A stretch of DNA of 64,000 bases, from the sequence record LC727698.1; one strand, written 5' to 3'. This document shows, one piece after another, positions 60,917-64,000 of this stretch (positions are counted from its first letter, which is position 1; each line of letters begins with the position of its first letter). The position numbers and the translations under genes were made by a program. The notes under the pieces are model-generated. The model did not search any database. It was not told where the DNA came from and worked only from the letters and a program-made list of their open reading frames with translations.

Positions 60917-61681
60917 ATCTATCATTATTATGTAAATTATCTAGAGTAGTTAGAAATAGTACAATCGTTGTTGTTTCTATTAAATATTCTAATTTTTTTA
61001 TTTCCATTTTTAATAAAATATATAGTTTAATAAGAATTGATATTGCTTCTAATTTAGTTACATGTTGCTTATCACCGACTGTTATAAACCTATTATCGTT
61101 TTGTATAGAAGAAAGAAATGAAAATAAATCTAAAAAAGATAATAACACTAAACAAACTTAGTTGAACATTATAAGATTATATTTAGAAAACAAATATAAC
61201 CCGAATGTCTCTGAATTACATTATAACGTATTAATAGATATAATATATTAAGAATCTAAGCAATAAATATTTGCATATAAGAAGGATTCTAATATGTCAT
61301 ATAATCCAAATTTCAATACCTCTATTATAGGATTATCGTATAATTCTATAAAATTACATATAGTAGAACATGTACAAAAAGACATAAAAGGTAATACAGT
61401 TTACATTATATCATTTGTAAATGATTTTGGATTTATTTTTGCTAAGGTAAAAACTAAATATGATCCTAAAACTGTCTTATAATGCACGCCAAATATGCAT
61501 AGAACCAAGTACCATATATACATGTGTATGGGTCCGGGGAGAAAAAGGGATAGTTTTGTATAGACGTATGATTTATGATACAAAATCGATGAGTATAGGT
61601 AATTATGATTATACAACTTATATTTCGCACGAAATAGGAGGCCTAGGCTGGACCAGTTATAAGAATTTAAAAAAATGCTAG
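60913..61681 (+). other. Small hypothetical ORFs (60913, 61294, 61460)
   Basis: Short packed ORFs. Confidence 0.4.
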
Positions 61682-61740
61682 ATTTCGTTGCTGTAAAACA
61701 GTATACTAAACACTCAACACATTAACTAGCAGAGGTAAAC

Positions 61741-61890
61741 GTGGATAATATCAAATCGTGCAAATGCGCACATGATTTCCAGGACAGTGTGTACGGCAAA
61801 GGTAATCGTGTGCATAACGTGTTTACTAAGGGCTATCGTTGCACTGTTTGCGGTAAAGAAATTATTACTTCTTCCACCGGCAAGAAGTAA
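61741..61890 (+). CDS. 49-aa zinc-ribbon-like protein, not in the ORF track
   Basis: GAGGT RBS, GTG start; CKCxH...YRCTVCG; TATACT -10 at 61702; terminator at about 61896-61922. Confidence 0.75.
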   Translation: MDNIKSCKCAHDFQDSVYGKGNRVHNVFTKGYRCTVCGKEIITSSTGKK

Positions 61891-62012
61891 AATATAAAAA
61901 AGGGCACACTGTGCCCTTTTTTAATAGTAAGAAACAAAGTAAGTCATGCATTCAACTATCTATAATATACACTGTGCATTCTAATACACAGTGTATTGTT
62001 GCGAGTAATTAA

Positions 62013-62234
62013 ATGTCAACAACGCCTAGGGGAAAGAAAACTAAAATAACATGCAATAATATAGAATGTAATAATGTATTCGAAGTAAGAATTGCCGATG
62101 TTAAAAGAGGTTGGGGACTATATTGTTCTAAGTCTTGTAAACAAACTGCACAAGAGCAGCAACGGCAAATGATAAAAAAATTATCCGGAGAACATTTGTT
62201 ACCGAAGAATAAACGAAGGAAAAAGTATTGGTAA
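62013..62234 (+). CDS. Small zinc-finger protein
   Basis: CNNIEC...YCSKSC. Confidence 0.65.
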   Translation: MSTTPRGKKTKITCNNIECNNVFEVRIADVKRGWGLYCSKSCKQTAQEQQRQMIKKLSGEHLLPKNKRRKKYW

Positions 62235-62408
62235 GAGGTATAGTATGAGTTTAATACTAAACTATTCAATTTGTGCAAATACTACAACCATAACTTTTTA
62301 TATTTTCGGATTAAACATTAAAAAGGCATGGGTATACGTTACAAAGTCAGATAAGTATGGTAGGTATTTGTACGTATCTCAAGACGGATGTATGGGTGTC
62401 TTTCCTGA

Positions 62409-62705
62409 ATGGCAAATATAATTAAAATGAAACCGATATTGTATTATGTAGGTGATAATCCCGAAGGGGCATTTTTGTGCGAAATTTATGGCAAGGAATA
62501 CCCATTTATCAATAATGAAACTAGATTTATTAAAGTTAATTCTATTTTTTATATATCTTTTATATCTGTTAAGTATACATATATAAAATTTCTAGTTAGA
62601 TATAGATTTGTTGTATGGAGGTTATACGACACTGACATTTATATTTCCTTTAGTAGAGCTATGACATCTGTTGAGCGAGAAATTAATAAAATAAGAGGAA
62701 TTTAA
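62409..62705 (+). CDS. Hypothetical protein
   Basis: Packed ORF. Confidence 0.5.
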   Translation: MANIIKMKPILYYVGDNPEGAFLCEIYGKEYPFINNETRFIKVNSIFYISFISVKYTYIKFLVRYRFVVWRLYDTDIYISFSRAMTSVEREINKIRGI

Positions 62706-62841
62706 AAAATGCGTTATTTTGCACGTTTGCATTATGCTATACGCAAGTTTGCAATAACGTGCAAACGCATGTATAACGCTAATACAGCTAACAATACAGT
62801 GCATAAAAACATGTACAGCATACTAGCGTTACAACGCATAT
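62699..62841. repeat. GA/GG/TC/CC-free tract D
   Basis: 143 nt; ATGCGTTATTTTGCA at 62709 is the reverse complement of the tract B core. Confidence 0.85.
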
Positions 62842-63008
62842 CGTTGAACTATAAATGTATATATATCTGGAGCAATATGGTATTCTTGTCAGTTACTACT
62901 GATGATACCTTAACTACATATCATATATATAGAAAAAGTTTAAGAACTGGTTTAGAATCGTGTAATTTTTCTTATGTACTTGGATTAGTTATGAAGGAAG
63001 GATATTAG
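62709..63008 (+). CDS. Hypothetical ORF whose 5' half is tract D
   Basis: GAGGA RBS upstream; coding status uncertain. Confidence 0.4.
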   Translation: MRYFARLHYAIRKFAITCKRMYNANTANNTVHKNMYSILALQRISLNYKCIYIWSNMVFLSVTTDDTLTTYHIYRKSLRTGLESCNFSYVLGLVMKEGY

Positions 63009-63010
63009 GT

Positions 63011-63622
63011 TTGATTAAGTTAGTAAAACCCATTGCATATTATGGACAGAAATTTGGTATCGCTGTTTCGGGCGGTATTGATTCTATGGTTGCATTGTCC
63101 TTCTTAAAGAAATATCCACAAAATAACTTCGATGTCTTTCATGTAAACCACGGATCGGAGTATGATATCAAAGCAGAGCAATTTGTGAGAGATTATTGTA
63201 GCGACAATAAAATAAATTGCCATGTATACTGCATTAACACAAAAAAACCAAAAGGTTGTAGTTGGGAAGAACATTGGCGAAACGAACGATATAAATTTCT
63301 GCACTCTCATGAATTAGAAATCATGACTGCACATACACTAGACGACAATGTAGAGACGTGGTTGTTTTATAGTATGCACGGTTCGCCACGTATCATTCCG
63401 TATCGGAAAAAAAATGTCATTCGACCGTTTATGCTTACTACAAAAAATGAATTTAAAAAATATGCGAAAAGTAATGGCGTACAATGGTTAGAAGATCCTA
63501 GTAACCGAGACACTAATTTTAATAGAAATCAAATTCGACATAATATAATTCCTCAAGCACTTAAAGTAAATCCAGGATTGTTTAAAGTGATTGCAAAAAA
63601 AGTAAGAGAAGAGAATGGCTAA
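63011..63622 (+). CDS. tilS: tRNA(Ile)-lysidine synthetase, minimal (catalytic domain only)
   Basis: PP-loop IAVSGGIDSM, HVNHG, RNERY, TAHTLDDNVET, RPFM, EDPSN, RNQIRH. Confidence 0.88.
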   Translation: MIKLVKPIAYYGQKFGIAVSGGIDSMVALSFLKKYPQNNFDVFHVNHGSEYDIKAEQFVRDYCSDNKINCHVYCINTKKPKGCSWEEHWRNERYKFLHSHELEIMTAHTLDDNVETWLFYSMHGSPRIIPYRKKNVIRPFMLTTKNEFKKYAKSNGVQWLEDPSNRDTNFNRNQIRHNIIPQALKVNPGLFKVIAKKVREENG

Positions 63623-64000
63623 ACACTCACTTCTAACAATGTTTGTTATTTCTATTCAAGCAAGGAATTATCATATAATACCGTATGTCGGTGTTAAACA
63701 TAAACTTGTGTTTATTTTATCTAGTAGCAAATGAATACTATAATAACGCTAAGTGCTTTGCAGGAAACAATACAACCAGAGGACCGGTCATACCGCTATA
63801 ATTTTATTATCAAAGATAGACGTGGTAATAATATATTTTATTGTGTAGAAATTGAAAATTCATTACAGTCGTGGTTTGTAGACTATACATATAACAATAG
63901 TTTGATATACTTAGATATATTTAAGATTCAGCTATTAACACAAAAAATATCATCTTATATTTTTAACAGAATAACAGTAGTATTGTCAGACAGTAACTCA

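Overview
64-kb segment of a very AT-rich, T4-like jumbo bacteriophage genome. This is inferred from a family-B DNA polymerase, a probable sliding clamp, a T4-type RNase H, virion-type proteins, 12 tRNA genes and many small hypothetical ORFs. Left arm: a 5'-truncated LamG-domain virion protein; a polB gene fractured by a cysteine-less split intein with a free-standing Vsr/EDxHD-like homing endonuclease between the halves; and a 7-deazaguanine-type cluster (TGT/DpdA-like transglycosylase, glycosyltransferase, QueD-like, epimerase-like, PRTase, QueE). Middle: a MoxR-type AAA ATPase and its vWA/metallopeptidase partner, a minus-strand block, and a 1.8-kb ORF-free divergent region holding a promoter-driven, highly base-paired putative ncRNA of about 630-730 nt plus an AT-rich repeat zone. 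Right arm: AAA ATPases, a SleB-like hydrolase, putative internal head proteins, the tRNA array, SGNH hydrolase, DksA/TraR and a minimal TilS. The most unusual signal is a dispersed family of 135-200 nt tracts that avoid 5'-GA/GG on both strands. All product calls rest on motifs read by eye; no database searches were run.
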